Shown here: positions 54,896 to 64,000 of the stretch, in pieces
Layout: each line of letters starts with the position of its first letter
How positions within the stretch are numbered: the stretch's first letter is position 1
Assembly: GCF_051550675.1 (NCBI RefSeq)
Contig: NZ_JBPULF010000002.1
Coordinates: 441,879 to 505,878 of the forward strand
DNA from: Paeniglutamicibacter sp. R2-26
GTDB lineage: Bacteria > Actinomycetota > Actinomycetes > Actinomycetales > Micrococcaceae
Length of the DNA stretch: 64,000 nt
Direction of reading: 5' to 3'
Made by a program: the position numbers and the translations under genes
Notes under the pieces: generated by a model
Databases searched by the model: none
Told to the model about the DNA's origin: nothing
What the model saw: the letters and a program-made list of their open reading frames with translations, nothing else

Positions 54896-55261
54896 TTAGG
54901 ACTGCGTCAGGTACAACTTGCGCAGCGGCTCGTCCAGGATCCAGGTGGTGCGCATGCCCTCGCCCAGGCGGCAGACGGTGCCCGGTTCCAACTGCAACAC
55001 CTCCGCGGCGTAGCCGTTGGCCTCGTGGACCTGCACGGTGGCCTTCCCGCTGAGCACCACGAAGAGTTCCTCGGCCTCGACGTCGGTCATGATCCCGGCG
55101 CTCATTTCCCAGAGGCCGAACTCCACGCCGAAGACCTCACCGAGCCGCTCTGCGGCGGTGGTGGGATCCCCCGCCACCGACTGGTCGGCCGGAACCAGCT
55201 CGTGTTCCAGCGCCGCGGAGGGGGCATGGACCGTGGGGTTGTTGATGCTTGTCATGTTCAT
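54896..55261 (-). CDS. cupin-domain protein (cupin_3/DUF861-like)
   Basis: 121 aa beta-rich protein (GLWEMSAGIMTDVEAEELFVVLSGKATV). The six-frame ORF to 55537 is an upstream extension overlapping the oxidase gene. Confidence 0.65.
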   Translation of the reverse strand: MNMTSINNPTVHAPSAALEHELVPADQSVAGDPTTAAERLGEVFGVEFGLWEMSAGIMTDVEAEELFVVLSGKATVQVHEANGYAAEVLQLEPGTVCRLGEGMRTTWILDEPLRKLYLTQS

Positions 55262-55275
55262 GTTTTCGATGATAC

Positions 55276-56721
55276 TCACGAGTCGAACCCCATGCCCACG
55301 GCATCCATGGTCTTCAGGAACAGCCCGCGCTCGCCCTCGTGGCGGTCGGCGCGGGCCAGGGCCGCTGTCATCATCTTCACGCCGATCCAGGCCGCCGGTT
55401 CCGGCGGGAACGGCAGCGGCTTCTTCCTGACCATCTCCAGGTTGGTGATCTCGTTGTCCTTGCCCTCGAGCAAATCGAGCATGACGCGCGCACCGAAGCG
55501 CGAGGCACCCACACCCAGGCCGGTGAAGCCGGCGCATGAGGCGACCTTGCCCTTGTAAGCCAGGTCGAAGAAGGAGAAGAAACGGCTGCAGGAGTCGATG
55601 GCCCCGCCCCAGGCATGCGAGAACTTCAGCTCCTGCAGTTCCGGGAAGGTGGCGAAGAAGTGCGCGGCGAGCTTCCGGTAGGTGGTTTCGCTGTCGTAGA
55701 ACTCCGGGTTGACCTTGCCGCCGAAGCGGTAGATCGCGTCGTAGCCGCCGTAGAGGATGCGGAAGTCCCCGTTCGCATCGATGATCGGGCGCGAGTAGTG
55801 GAAGCGGTTGTTCAGGTCCACCAGCCCGTGCAGGGTTTCCCAGCCGATGGCCTTGCGCTGCACCTCCGTCAGCGGCTCGGTGACAAGCACGTAGTCGTAG
55901 ACCGGGACGGTCATCAGTGCGTTGCGCTTGAGCAGGGAGGGGAAGACATTGGTGGCCAGTGCGACCCTGGAGGCGGCGACCTGTCCGGCGGCCGTCTTCG
56001 CGACGACAGTGCCGTTGGCATCCTCCAGTTCGGTGACCCTTGACTGCTCGAAGACCCGCACGCCGAGCTTCTCGCAGGCCGCCAGCAGGCCCCAGGCCAG
56101 CTTCGCGGGGTTCACCAGCACGGTGTCGGTCTTGCTCCAGGCCCCGGAAATGAACGCATCGGAGGCGATCATCTTCGAGGTCTCCTCGCGGTCCAGGTAG
56201 AGGGTTTCCTCCCCGTCGGCCTCCTCGCGCAGCCAGGCGTCCTGGTGCGGTTCGGTGGCCACCGCCAGGGCACCCTCGCGCAGCAGGTCGCAGTCGATGC
56301 CGTAGCGTTCGATGGTCTCGATCAGCCCGGCGAGGTTCTCGTTGCCGAGCTCGGTCAGCCGCGCGTTTTCCTTGGGCAGGTGCGCCTCGCCGTTGGATTC
56401 GCCGTGGACCAGCGATGCCTCGCAGAAACCGCCGTTGCGGCCCGAGGCCTCGGAGCCGATCCAGCCGGCCTCAAGGAGAACCACGTCGGTTTCCGGGTTG
56501 CGTTCCTTGGCCTGCAGCGCGGTCCACAACCCGGTGTAGCCGCCGCCGACCACCAGCAGGTCGCAGGTGGTGGAGGTGCGCAGCGGTTCGCGCACGCCCG
56601 GGCGCTGCGGGGAATCGAGCCAGTACACGGCACGCTTGGTGTCGCGCAGGGAGGCCGCACACAGCGCGGGGTCGATGGTTTTTTCGGCATTCTCGAAGAA
56701 TGTCGGAGTTGATGTAGTCAT
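55276..56721 (-). CDS. FAD-dependent oxidoreductase (DAO family, PuuB/gamma-glutamylputrescine oxidase-like)
   Basis: N-terminal DLLVVGGGYTGLWTA FAD-binding motif. 481 aa. Confidence 0.8.
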   Translation of the reverse strand: MTTSTPTFFENAEKTIDPALCAASLRDTKRAVYWLDSPQRPGVREPLRTSTTCDLLVVGGGYTGLWTALQAKERNPETDVVLLEAGWIGSEASGRNGGFCEASLVHGESNGEAHLPKENARLTELGNENLAGLIETIERYGIDCDLLREGALAVATEPHQDAWLREEADGEETLYLDREETSKMIASDAFISGAWSKTDTVLVNPAKLAWGLLAACEKLGVRVFEQSRVTELEDANGTVVAKTAAGQVAASRVALATNVFPSLLKRNALMTVPVYDYVLVTEPLTEVQRKAIGWETLHGLVDLNNRFHYSRPIIDANGDFRILYGGYDAIYRFGGKVNPEFYDSETTYRKLAAHFFATFPELQELKFSHAWGGAIDSCSRFFSFFDLAYKGKVASCAGFTGLGVGASRFGARVMLDLLEGKDNEITNLEMVRKKPLPFPPEPAAWIGVKMMTAALARADRHEGERGLFLKTMDAVGMGFDS

Positions 56722-56732
56722 TGTCTTTTTCC

Positions 56733-58409
56733 CTAGTGGCGGTTGTTCTGCGCAGGTTCCAGGTTCCCGTCGAGGGAACCCGGGTCCTCCGGAGCGCCGG
56801 CGCCGCCGGTGGTTTCCCAGCGCGGGCGCGGCACCGAGGCCAGCAGCGTCTGGGTGTAGGGGTGCTGCGGGTTGCCCAGCACGTCCTTGGTGGGCCCGCT
56901 TTCCACGATCTCGCCGGACTGGACCACGAGCAGTTCCTCGCAGATTTCGCCGACGATGGCCAGGTCGTGGCTGATGAACAGCACCGAGACGCCGCTTTCC
57001 CTGCGCAGCTTGTTGACAAGTTCCAGCACCTGCGCCTGGACCGAGACATCGAGCGCACTGGTGGCCTCGTCAAGCACCAGCAGCCGCGGTTCCAACGCCA
57101 TGGCCTTGGCGATGGCCACCCGCTGTCGCTGGCCGCCGGAAAGCTTGCGCGGGTAGAGGTTCGCGTGCTTTTCCTCGAGGCCCACGGACTCGAGGAGCTC
57201 CTTGATGCGCGCCTTCATGGCCTTGGCATCGAGCTTGTAGTGCAGCTTCAGGACCGTTTCCAGCGCCCTGGCCGGGGTGAGCCGGGAGTCCAGGGACTGG
57301 TACGGATCCTGGAACACCATCTGGACGCGCGATGCCGTCTTCAGCCGGCGTTCCTTGGCGCTGGTCCCCGCGACCTCGCCGCCGGCCATGGCCAGCTCGC
57401 CGGCATCCGCGTGTTCGAGGCCGGCGACGATGCGGCCGAGCGTCGACTTGCCGGAGCCGGACTCGCCGACGACCGCCAGGCCGCCTCCGGCCGGGATGGC
57501 CAGCGAGACGGACTTCAGCGCCTGGACCGGCGGCTGCCCGTGCAGGTGGTAGGTCTTTGAGACGCTTTCCACGCTCAGCACCGGGGCTTCGGTGGATTCG
57601 GCCCGGCGGGCACCGGTTTTCGGGGCACCCTGCATGCTGGGCGTCGCCGCGACAAGCTTCCGGGTGTACTCCGCGGCGGGGCGTTCGAAGACCTGTCGGG
57701 TCTCGCCGTGCTCCTGCACCACGCCGTGGCGCAGCACGTAGGTGCGGTCCGCTATCGATGCGGCAAGCGCCAGGTCGTGGGTGATGAAGAGCATGCCCAT
57801 GGAGCGTTCGCGCACCGCGTCGGAGAGCAGCTGGATCACCGCGGCCTGGGTTGTCACGTCAAGTGCCGTCGTCGACTCGTCGCAGATCAGCAGCTCCGGG
57901 TCGTTCATCAGGGCACCGGCGATCATCACGCGCTGCAGCATGCCGCCGGAGAGCTCGTGCGGGTACTGCTTCATGCGGGCTTCGGGGTTGCTCAGCCCCA
58001 TGGATCCGAGCAGTTCCCTGGCGCGGGCCTCGAGTGCCGCCTTGTTGGCGCCGGGCACCTGCATCATCGGTTCGATGAGGTGCGCACCGAGCGTGCGCAC
58101 CGGGTTGATCGACGAGCGCGGGTCCTGGAAGACCATTGCCGCGCGGGTGCGGCGCAGGGCGCGCAGTTCCGCCGGCGAGGCGCCGAGCACCTGGACGCCC
58201 CCGAGTTCGATGGTCCCGCTCACCTCGGCCGAGGAGGGCAGCAGGCCCAGCACGGCGCGGGCCGTGAGCGACTTGCCGGATCCCGACTCGCCCACTAGGG
58301 CCACCGTCTCGCCGGCGGCGATGTGCAGGGACACCGCATCCAGCAGCAGGCTGGAACCCCCCGGCTGGTTGATCTCGATGCTCAGGTCGTTGATGTTCAA
58401 GAGGTTCAT
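56733..58409 (-). CDS. ABC transporter ATP-binding protein, duplicated ATPase (DppD/DppF fusion)
   Basis: Two Walker A motifs (GESGSGKS twice) and two LSGG signatures. Start MNLLNINDL at 58407-58409. The long ORF to 59318 is a read-through artifact. Confidence 0.85.
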   Translation of the reverse strand: MNLLNINDLSIEINQPGGSSLLLDAVSLHIAAGETVALVGESGSGKSLTARAVLGLLPSSAEVSGTIELGGVQVLGASPAELRALRRTRAAMVFQDPRSSINPVRTLGAHLIEPMMQVPGANKAALEARARELLGSMGLSNPEARMKQYPHELSGGMLQRVMIAGALMNDPELLICDESTTALDVTTQAAVIQLLSDAVRERSMGMLFITHDLALAASIADRTYVLRHGVVQEHGETRQVFERPAAEYTRKLVAATPSMQGAPKTGARRAESTEAPVLSVESVSKTYHLHGQPPVQALKSVSLAIPAGGGLAVVGESGSGKSTLGRIVAGLEHADAGELAMAGGEVAGTSAKERRLKTASRVQMVFQDPYQSLDSRLTPARALETVLKLHYKLDAKAMKARIKELLESVGLEEKHANLYPRKLSGGQRQRVAIAKAMALEPRLLVLDEATSALDVSVQAQVLELVNKLRRESGVSVLFISHDLAIVGEICEELLVVQSGEIVESGPTKDVLGNPQHPYTQTLLASVPRPRWETTGGAGAPEDPGSLDGNLEPAQNNRH

Positions 58410-59263
58410 GCGAACGGATCTCCCAGTTTGTCGGAAAGCCAGCCGCCGACGGTGTTCACGGCCACGACCACGAGCACCACGGCCACCGACGGGATCAATG
58501 CCGGCAGGAAGTTGCCGCTGACCAGGGCGGCCTGGCCCTCGTTGATCATGCTGCCCCAGTCGGCCTGCGGGGCCTGGATGCCCAGCCCCAGGAAGGACAG
58601 GGCGGCGAGTTCCACGAGCACGTACCCGAAGTTCTGCGTGGCCTGCGAGCCGACGACGCCCAGCACGTTGGGCATCACCGCGCGCGTGGCGATCCACGGC
58701 GCCGAGAAGCCCTGCACCTTGTAGGCGGAGACGTACTGCCGGTTCTTCTCCGTGGCCACCAGCTGGCGGGTCAGCCGCCCGATGTACGGGGTGTAGGCAA
58801 TAGACATGGCGAGCACCGGGGCCACCAGCCCCTTGCCGAAGAGCGCCACGGCGAGGATCGCCAGCAGCAGTGCGGGGAAGGCCAGCACGATGTCGAAGAC
58901 GCGGCTCATCACGGCGTCGACCTTGCCGCCGGCCCACCCGGCCCACAGGCCCAGCAGCAGGCCCAGGACGGTGGAGAGCAACACCACGAACGCCGGGCCG
59001 GCCAGCGCGGTGCGCGCGCCGTGGACCATGCGGGAGAGGATGTCGCGGCCCAAGGCGTCGGTACCCAACAGGTGCGCGGGCGTCGGCCCGGAATTCACGC
59101 GCAGCAGGTCCACGGCCGCCGGCGGGTACGGTGCCACCAGGGGCGCGAACACCGCCGCGAGCAGCACGACCACCAGGAAGGCCGCGGCCAGGGCCAGCCC
59201 CCAGCGTCGGTTCTTCAGGCTCAGGTGTTTGATGGGCAAACGCGGAGCAGCTTGGATGCTCAT
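58406..59263 (-). CDS. ABC transporter permease (DppC-like)
   Basis: BPD_transp_1 domain. 4-nt overlap with the ATPase gene. Confidence 0.8.
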   Translation of the reverse strand: MSIQAAPRLPIKHLSLKNRRWGLALAAAFLVVVLLAAVFAPLVAPYPPAAVDLLRVNSGPTPAHLLGTDALGRDILSRMVHGARTALAGPAFVVLLSTVLGLLLGLWAGWAGGKVDAVMSRVFDIVLAFPALLLAILAVALFGKGLVAPVLAMSIAYTPYIGRLTRQLVATEKNRQYVSAYKVQGFSAPWIATRAVMPNVLGVVGSQATQNFGYVLVELAALSFLGLGIQAPQADWGSMINEGQAALVSGNFLPALIPSVAVVLVVVAVNTVGGWLSDKLGDPFA

Positions 59264-60291
59264 CGTGCTCCCTCCCCGGCCTTGAGGCGCGGATCGATGA
59301 CGGGACCCAGGAGGTCAACCAGGGTGTTGATGGCGACGAAGGCGGTGACGACGATCAGCACTATCGCCTGCACCACGGGGAAGTCGAGCCGGTCCACGGA
59401 GGAGACAAGCAGCGAGCCCAGGCCGGCCAGGCCGAAGGCCTGCTCCACGATCGAGGAGGACACCAGCAGCCCGGCCACCAGCAGGCCGCTGACCGTGAGG
59501 ATCGGGGCCGTGGCGTTGCGCAGCACGTGGCGGACGACAACGGCCACCGGGGTGACGCCGCGGGAGCGTGCCACCTCGACGTGTTCGCGGGCGAACTGCT
59601 CCACCATGGCCGAGCGGGTCACCCGTCCGACGACGGCGATGAACGAGATCGCCAGCGCCAGCGACGGCAGGACCAGGTGGTAGACCGTGTCCCAGAACCC
59701 CGTGCCGGAGCCGAAGGACGGGAACATGCCCAGCTGCACGGCGAAGACCGCGATCAGGACTATCGACCCGACGAACGACGGGATGGCCGCGAGCGCGGAC
59801 ATGGAGGCGACGATCGCCCGGTCGGCCCAGGTACCGCGCAACAGCGAGGCGGCAATGCCCGCGGCAAGCCCGAGCACAGCGATCATCAGCCCGGCCATGA
59901 CCACCAGGCCCAGCGTGACGGGCAGGCGGCCGAGGATCACCTCGGTGACGTCCTGCCGGTACTGCAAGGAGCGGCCGAAGTCGCCCTGGACGACGCCGGT
60001 GATCCAGTGCCAGTACTGTTCCAGCGGCGGCTTGTCCAGGCCGTAGATCGCCGTGACTTCCGCGATGGCCTCCGGGTTGGGGCTGCGCCCGCGCAGCAGG
60101 AAGCTGATCGGGTCCCCTGGCACCAGCCAGCGGGAGAAGAAGACGATCACCGAGGAGACGAACACGGTGAAGAGGAACGCGCCGATCTTGCCGGCGGCGA
60201 GCTTCAACCCGGCGGCGCCGGGGCGCCGGGGGCCGCTGCCCCCGGGTGCCTGCGGGGTCGCGGTTGCGGTTGCGGGGTTACTTTGAGCCAA
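59260..60291 (-). CDS. ABC transporter permease (DppB-like)
   Basis: Permease with EAA-like loop. Overlaps flanking genes by 4 and 14 nt. Confidence 0.8.
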   Translation of the reverse strand: MAQSNPATATATPQAPGGSGPRRPGAAGLKLAAGKIGAFLFTVFVSSVIVFFSRWLVPGDPISFLLRGRSPNPEAIAEVTAIYGLDKPPLEQYWHWITGVVQGDFGRSLQYRQDVTEVILGRLPVTLGLVVMAGLMIAVLGLAAGIAASLLRGTWADRAIVASMSALAAIPSFVGSIVLIAVFAVQLGMFPSFGSGTGFWDTVYHLVLPSLALAISFIAVVGRVTRSAMVEQFAREHVEVARSRGVTPVAVVVRHVLRNATAPILTVSGLLVAGLLVSSSIVEQAFGLAGLGSLLVSSVDRLDFPVVQAIVLIVVTAFVAINTLVDLLGPVIDPRLKAGEGAR

Positions 60292-61909
60292 TGTGGGCCG
60301 CCCAGGGGTAGTACAGGTAGTTCACCGACGGTGAGGCACCCGTGATCTTGTTGTTCATCCACAGCGTGGTGGGGGTTTCGTACAGCGGCAGCCAGGGAAG
60401 CTCGGCGTTGAGGATCCTCTGCGCCTCAAGCGACGTGGCGAGGCTCTTCTCCGGGTCGGTCTCCTCGAGGGCCTCGTTGACAACCTTGTCGAAGTCCTTG
60501 TTTGACCATTCGCCGTAGTTGGAGAAGTCCCCGGTGCGCAGGATGCCGAACATTTCCAGCGGGTTGCCCACGGAGAGGTACCAGTTGGTGAAGAACAGGT
60601 CGGTTCCCTCGCGGGCCGCGGGGTCGGAGAAGAGCGCGGTGTAGGCGTTCGGGGTGACGGTGTTGATCTTGGCCTTCAGGCCGATCGACTCCGCCGCGGC
60701 CGCGGTGGCCTGGGCGGTCACCGTGAAGTTGTTGCCCATGGGCGCGGTGGTGATGGTGATTTCCTGGCCCGCGACGCCCTGCTCCTGGATGATCCTGCTG
60801 GCTGCCTCCAGGTCGTAGGGGTAGTCGGCGAGGTCCTTGAACGCGGCTTCCTTGGTTGCGGCATCGGCCGACCCCCAGACCGATGCGGTCGTCAGCGCGT
60901 TGGTCCTGGTGGCGTAGCCGGCCTCCGCCGCCTGCACCAGGCCGTTGCGGTCGATGGCCATCAGCAGGGCCTTGCGCACCTCGGCGTTGCCCAGCGGGCC
61001 CTTGCCATTGGAGACGACAAGCGAGTTCACCGAGGAGTTCAGCCCGAAGAAGACCTGGCCGGCGCCCGAGGCGTTGAGGTCCCCGATGGCGTTGGCCGGC
61101 AGCATCCAACCGCCGTCGATCTCGCCGGACTTCAGGGCGTTGACGCGTGCCACGGGGTCGGTCTGGATGACGAATTCGAGCTCCTTCGCCTTGGCCTTCA
61201 GCTCGGCGTCCCAGTACCCGTCGAAACGTGCGAGGTTGATCGTCTCGCCGCTCCGCCAGCCCTTGAACTCGAACGGACCGGTGCAGTTCACTCCGCCCGT
61301 GGGGTTTCCGTAGTCGCCACCGGCCTTGGCCAGGGTTGCCGCGGACTCGATGACGCCGGCCGCACCGGACATCGAGTCGTTGAAGAGCGCGTCGGGGATC
61401 TTGGTGGTCACGGTGACCTGGTTGGGGCCCGTCTTCTTGATGCTCTCGACGTTCGCGTAGGCGGAGAACCAGAAGGACCCGACAGCGGGGTCGAGGTGGC
61501 GGTTCATGGATGCGACAACGTCGTCGGCGGTGAGCGTGGTTCCGTCGTGGAAGCTGACACCCTCGCGGATCGTGTAGACCCAGGTTCTCGGTGTCGGGTT
61601 CTCGAACGCGGAGGCGAGCCCCGGGGAAACGCTCATGTCAGGGTTGAGCCGCAGCAGGGACTCGCACACGTTGGCCAGTACCTGGTTGTCCGCGTAGTCG
61701 AAGGCGTAGGCGTAGTCCAGCGAGTAGGGTTCGGCGTAGGTGGACCAGGTGAGCTTGTCGATCTCGCCCGACGGGGCCGGGGTCTTATCGGTGAGCTCGT
61801 AGGCGGGCTTCGCGGCAGTCGCGCTGTCGCCGCCGGGGCCGGCCGAGCATGCGGCAAGGGCCAGCACGGCTCCGGCCGCCAGTGCGGTTTTCAGTGACTT
61901 GGTGAACAT
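60278..61909 (-). CDS. ABC transporter substrate-binding lipoprotein (family 5, peptide/nickel/opine type)
   Basis: Signal peptide with lipobox LAAC. SBP_bac_5 architecture. Start MFTKSLK at 61907-61909. Confidence 0.8.
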   Translation of the reverse strand: MFTKSLKTALAAGAVLALAACSAGPGGDSATAAKPAYELTDKTPAPSGEIDKLTWSTYAEPYSLDYAYAFDYADNQVLANVCESLLRLNPDMSVSPGLASAFENPTPRTWVYTIREGVSFHDGTTLTADDVVASMNRHLDPAVGSFWFSAYANVESIKKTGPNQVTVTTKIPDALFNDSMSGAAGVIESAATLAKAGGDYGNPTGGVNCTGPFEFKGWRSGETINLARFDGYWDAELKAKAKELEFVIQTDPVARVNALKSGEIDGGWMLPANAIGDLNASGAGQVFFGLNSSVNSLVVSNGKGPLGNAEVRKALLMAIDRNGLVQAAEAGYATRTNALTTASVWGSADAATKEAAFKDLADYPYDLEAASRIIQEQGVAGQEITITTAPMGNNFTVTAQATAAAAESIGLKAKINTVTPNAYTALFSDPAAREGTDLFFTNWYLSVGNPLEMFGILRTGDFSNYGEWSNKDFDKVVNEALEETDPEKSLATSLEAQRILNAELPWLPLYETPTTLWMNNKITGASPSVNYLYYPWAAHIGSK

Positions 61910-61922
61910 GTTCCTCGGGGCC

Positions 61923-63602
61923 TTACTTGGACGTAGCGGAGACGTTGGCGGCGGAGTAGACGCACGTGCCATCGATCCAGGTGGAAACGACGCGGCTGCG
62001 GAAGATGTCTTCCGGGGCTACCTCGAACGGGTTCGGGGACACCACCGCAAGATCCGCGAAGTACCCCGGCGCGATGCTGCCGGTGGAATCGTCGCGGTGG
62101 TTCACGTAGGCGGTGCCGGAGGTGTAGGCGGCAAGGATCACTGCCAGGTCCAGGCGCTGGTGTTCGCCGCCGAGCGGCCGGCTGTCGTTCTCGGGTGAAA
62201 TGCGGTTCACCGCGATGTGCGCCCCGGCGATCGGGTCGGCGCTGGAGACGGGCCAGTCGCTGCCGGCGGCCAGCCTGGCGCCCCCGTTGAACAGGTCCCC
62301 GAACGGGTACTGGCGGTCCTGCGCGGATTCGGGCATGAACGGCAGCGTCAGTTCATCGAGCTGGTCCTCGTGGCAGGCCCAGAGCGGCTGCAGGTTTGCG
62401 GTGGCGCCGAGTGAGGCGAAGCGTGCGGCGTCGGCCTCCGAGACGACCTGCAGGTGCGCCAGGTGGTGGCGCAGGTTGCTGGGTCCGTTGGCCGCGCGTG
62501 CCGCTTCGAGGGCATCCAGGGCATCGCGCACCGCGCGGTCGCCCAGGGCATGGAAGTGGCACTGGAACCCCGCGGCGTCCAGCGCCGTCACGTAGACGGC
62601 GAGGTCCTCGGCGGAGATGAAGGACAGGCCGTTGTTGTGCGTGCTGTGCCCGCACTTGTCCCGGTAGGAATCGATCATGGAGGCGGTGAAGTTCTCGGCG
62701 ATGCCGTCCACCATGATCTTCACGGTGCCCAGGCTGAAACGTTCGGGCAAGCCCAGGGCTTCGGCTTCGGCGCGCGCTGCGACCATCGCCTCGACCTGTT
62801 CCAGGCCGGCGTCGCGCTTCCACCACTGCGAGCCGCGGACGCGGACCTTCAGCTTGCCGTCGGAGATCAGGCGGTAGTAGGCGTCCGTGGGATCCGCGAT
62901 GCCGGATCCCGTCCCGACCATGGCGTCCTGCCATCCGGTGATGCCCTGGGCGATCAGTTCGTCCTGCGCCCGCGCGAGCCCAGCGACCAGGAGGTCGAGG
63001 GTTGCCGCCGGTGCGTGCTCCTCGACAAGGCCCATGGCACCCTCGTGCAGGGTGCCCGCCGGAGTGCCGTCGGCCAGCCGCTCGATGCGTCCGTCGGAGG
63101 GGTCGGGGGTGCTGGCGTCCAGTCCCGCCGCGCGGAATGCCGCGGTGTTGGCCCACATGGAGTGGTGGTCGCGGCTGGCCAGCGAGACCGGGCGGTCGGG
63201 GACAACGGCGTCGATGAGCGAGGCCAGTGGCGCGCCGCCCTCGTAGTGGTCCATCGACCAGCCGCCGCCCTGGATCCAGGGGACCTCGGGGTTGGCCGCG
63301 GCGTAGGCGGCGATGGCCGCCACGGCTTCCTCGGCGCTTTCGGCTTCGGACAGGTTGCACTGGAGCAGCTCGGTTCCGCCGCCGGTCGGGTGGATGTGGG
63401 CGTCTTGGAAACCGGGCAGCAGCAGTGCTCCGCCCAGGTCCACTACTTCGGTGTCGGGACCGATGTATGCCCCGGCCTCGTCCTCGGGCACGAGCGCCGC
63501 GATGCGGCCGTCACGAACCAGTACTGCCTGCCCCGTGACGGGTGCGCCGGAGCCTGTAAAAACGCTGCCCCCGCGAAATGCGATCTCCGCAATCTCCTGC
63601 AT
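61923..63602 (-). CDS. metal-dependent amidohydrolase (YtcJ-like), paralog of 15618..17258
   Basis: FQDAHIHP, HFHALGD and GSDWPVSS motifs match the first copy. 559 aa. Confidence 0.8.
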   Translation of the reverse strand: MQEIAEIAFRGGSVFTGSGAPVTGQAVLVRDGRIAALVPEDEAGAYIGPDTEVVDLGGALLLPGFQDAHIHPTGGGTELLQCNLSEAESAEEAVAAIAAYAAANPEVPWIQGGGWSMDHYEGGAPLASLIDAVVPDRPVSLASRDHHSMWANTAAFRAAGLDASTPDPSDGRIERLADGTPAGTLHEGAMGLVEEHAPAATLDLLVAGLARAQDELIAQGITGWQDAMVGTGSGIADPTDAYYRLISDGKLKVRVRGSQWWKRDAGLEQVEAMVAARAEAEALGLPERFSLGTVKIMVDGIAENFTASMIDSYRDKCGHSTHNNGLSFISAEDLAVYVTALDAAGFQCHFHALGDRAVRDALDALEAARAANGPSNLRHHLAHLQVVSEADAARFASLGATANLQPLWACHEDQLDELTLPFMPESAQDRQYPFGDLFNGGARLAAGSDWPVSSADPIAGAHIAVNRISPENDSRPLGGEHQRLDLAVILAAYTSGTAYVNHRDDSTGSIAPGYFADLAVVSPNPFEVAPEDIFRSRVVSTWIDGTCVYSAANVSATSK

Positions 63603-63658
63603 GTGTGACCCTCATCTCCATAGTCTGTTGGGTAGAACACTAAGGGAGGTCAACTAGC

Positions 63659-63677
63659 CTGTCAATGATGTTGACAG
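63659..63677. promoter_or_regulatory. palindrome CTGTCAA-tgatg-TTGACAG upstream of terminal TetR gene
   Basis: 7-bp perfect arms in the divergent region between the amidohydrolase operon and a TetR gene. Confidence 0.5.
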
Positions 63678-63754
63678 ATCTGTTGTCATCGTTGATTGTA
63701 GGCTTGTTGGAGAAACCACCAAGGCCCGCCGCAGCGGGGAGAACGGAGGCCCAC

Positions 63755-64000
63755 GTGGCAGGCGCACCGCCAAGGTCAAGACCTTCCAAGGCACCCCTTG
63801 ACCGCGACGTCTTCATCGAGGCAGCCCTGCGCATCGCGGCGCGCCCGCGCACCCTGTCACTGACCTACCGCGACCTGGGTCAGGAGCTCGAGGTGGACCC
63901 CACGGCGATCTACCGGCATTTCCAAAGCAAGGAAAACCTCATGCAGGAGCTGCTGGACCGGCTGCTCCGCATCGCCATCTCGCGGGTGCAAAACCCGCCG
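63755..64000 (+). CDS. TetR-family transcriptional regulator (3' end beyond window)
   Basis: HTH region (LSLTYRDLGQELEVDPTAIYRHFQSKENLM). Start uncertain: GTG 63755, or TTG 63704/63707; ATG 63668 lies inside the palindrome and is unlikely. Confidence 0.6.
   Translation, partial: MAGAPPRSRPSKAPLDRDVFIEAALRIAARPRTLSLTYRDLGQELEVDPTAIYRHFQSKENLMQELLDRLLRIAISRVQNPP

Noticed and set aside
63668-63670. ATG 63668 as start of the terminal TetR gene
   Set aside because: It sits inside the CTGTCAAtgatgTTGACAG palindrome and would give an unusually long, hydrophobic N-terminal tail. A downstream GTG/TTG start is more consistent with TetR N-termini.
1-64000. Search for CRISPR arrays, tRNA/rRNA genes, integrases, transposases, phage structural genes and toxin-antitoxin pairs
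   Set aside because: No repeat-spacer arrays, no tRNA-like cloverleaf candidates in the few non-coding gaps, and no recombinase or transposase ORFs were seen. The only AT-rich islands (11456-11515, 28441-28613, 30094-30160, 15434-15617) look like promoter or leader regions.

Overview
High-GC (about 67-70%) actinobacterial chromosomal segment, most likely Micrococcaceae (Arthrobacter-like). Coding is dense, roughly 57 CDS. I found no rRNA, tRNA, CRISPR array, IS element or integrase. Dominant codon-frame bias creates many long spurious antisense and fused ORFs in the six-frame track; I resolved real genes by motif content and start/RBS context.

The window opens inside a C50 (decaprenoxanthin-type) carotenoid cluster: crtI (5' truncated), crtYe, crtYf and crtEb are translationally coupled by 4-nt GTGA/ATGA overlaps. 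A photolyase follows immediately.

The rest is a mosaic of small catabolic or transport modules, each with its own TetR, IclR or LysR regulator and palindromic operator:
- nitrilase-family hydrolase + APC permease
- FAD aromatic hydroxylase / IclR / thiolase
- NCS1 permease + YtcJ-like amidohydrolase + APC permease
- copper amine oxidase divergent from aldehyde dehydrogenase
- LysR-controlled RidA-DUF1028-M20-aspartase operon
- flavin monooxygenase
- NfeD-flotillin pair
- phnDCE phosphonate-type ABC transporter + Zn-ADH
- GH3 beta-glucosidase / TetR / MFS / esterase
- histidine phosphatase, amidase, LtrA
- cupin / FAD oxidase / Dpp-like ABC / second YtcJ amidohydrolase operon

Candidates for uncharacterised biology:
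1. An AT-rich, palindrome-controlled promoter driving a small HTH protein plus a stand-alone vWA (MIDAS) protein, next to a polytopic membrane protein.
2. A hairpin-flanked gene for a 104-aa His/Tyr/Pro-rich protein with a C-terminal HCTCPGH motif and no recognisable family.
3. The RidA / Ntn-type DUF1028 / M20 / aspartase operon.
4. Tandem DUF805 paralogs that share a leader more conserved than their coding N-termini.
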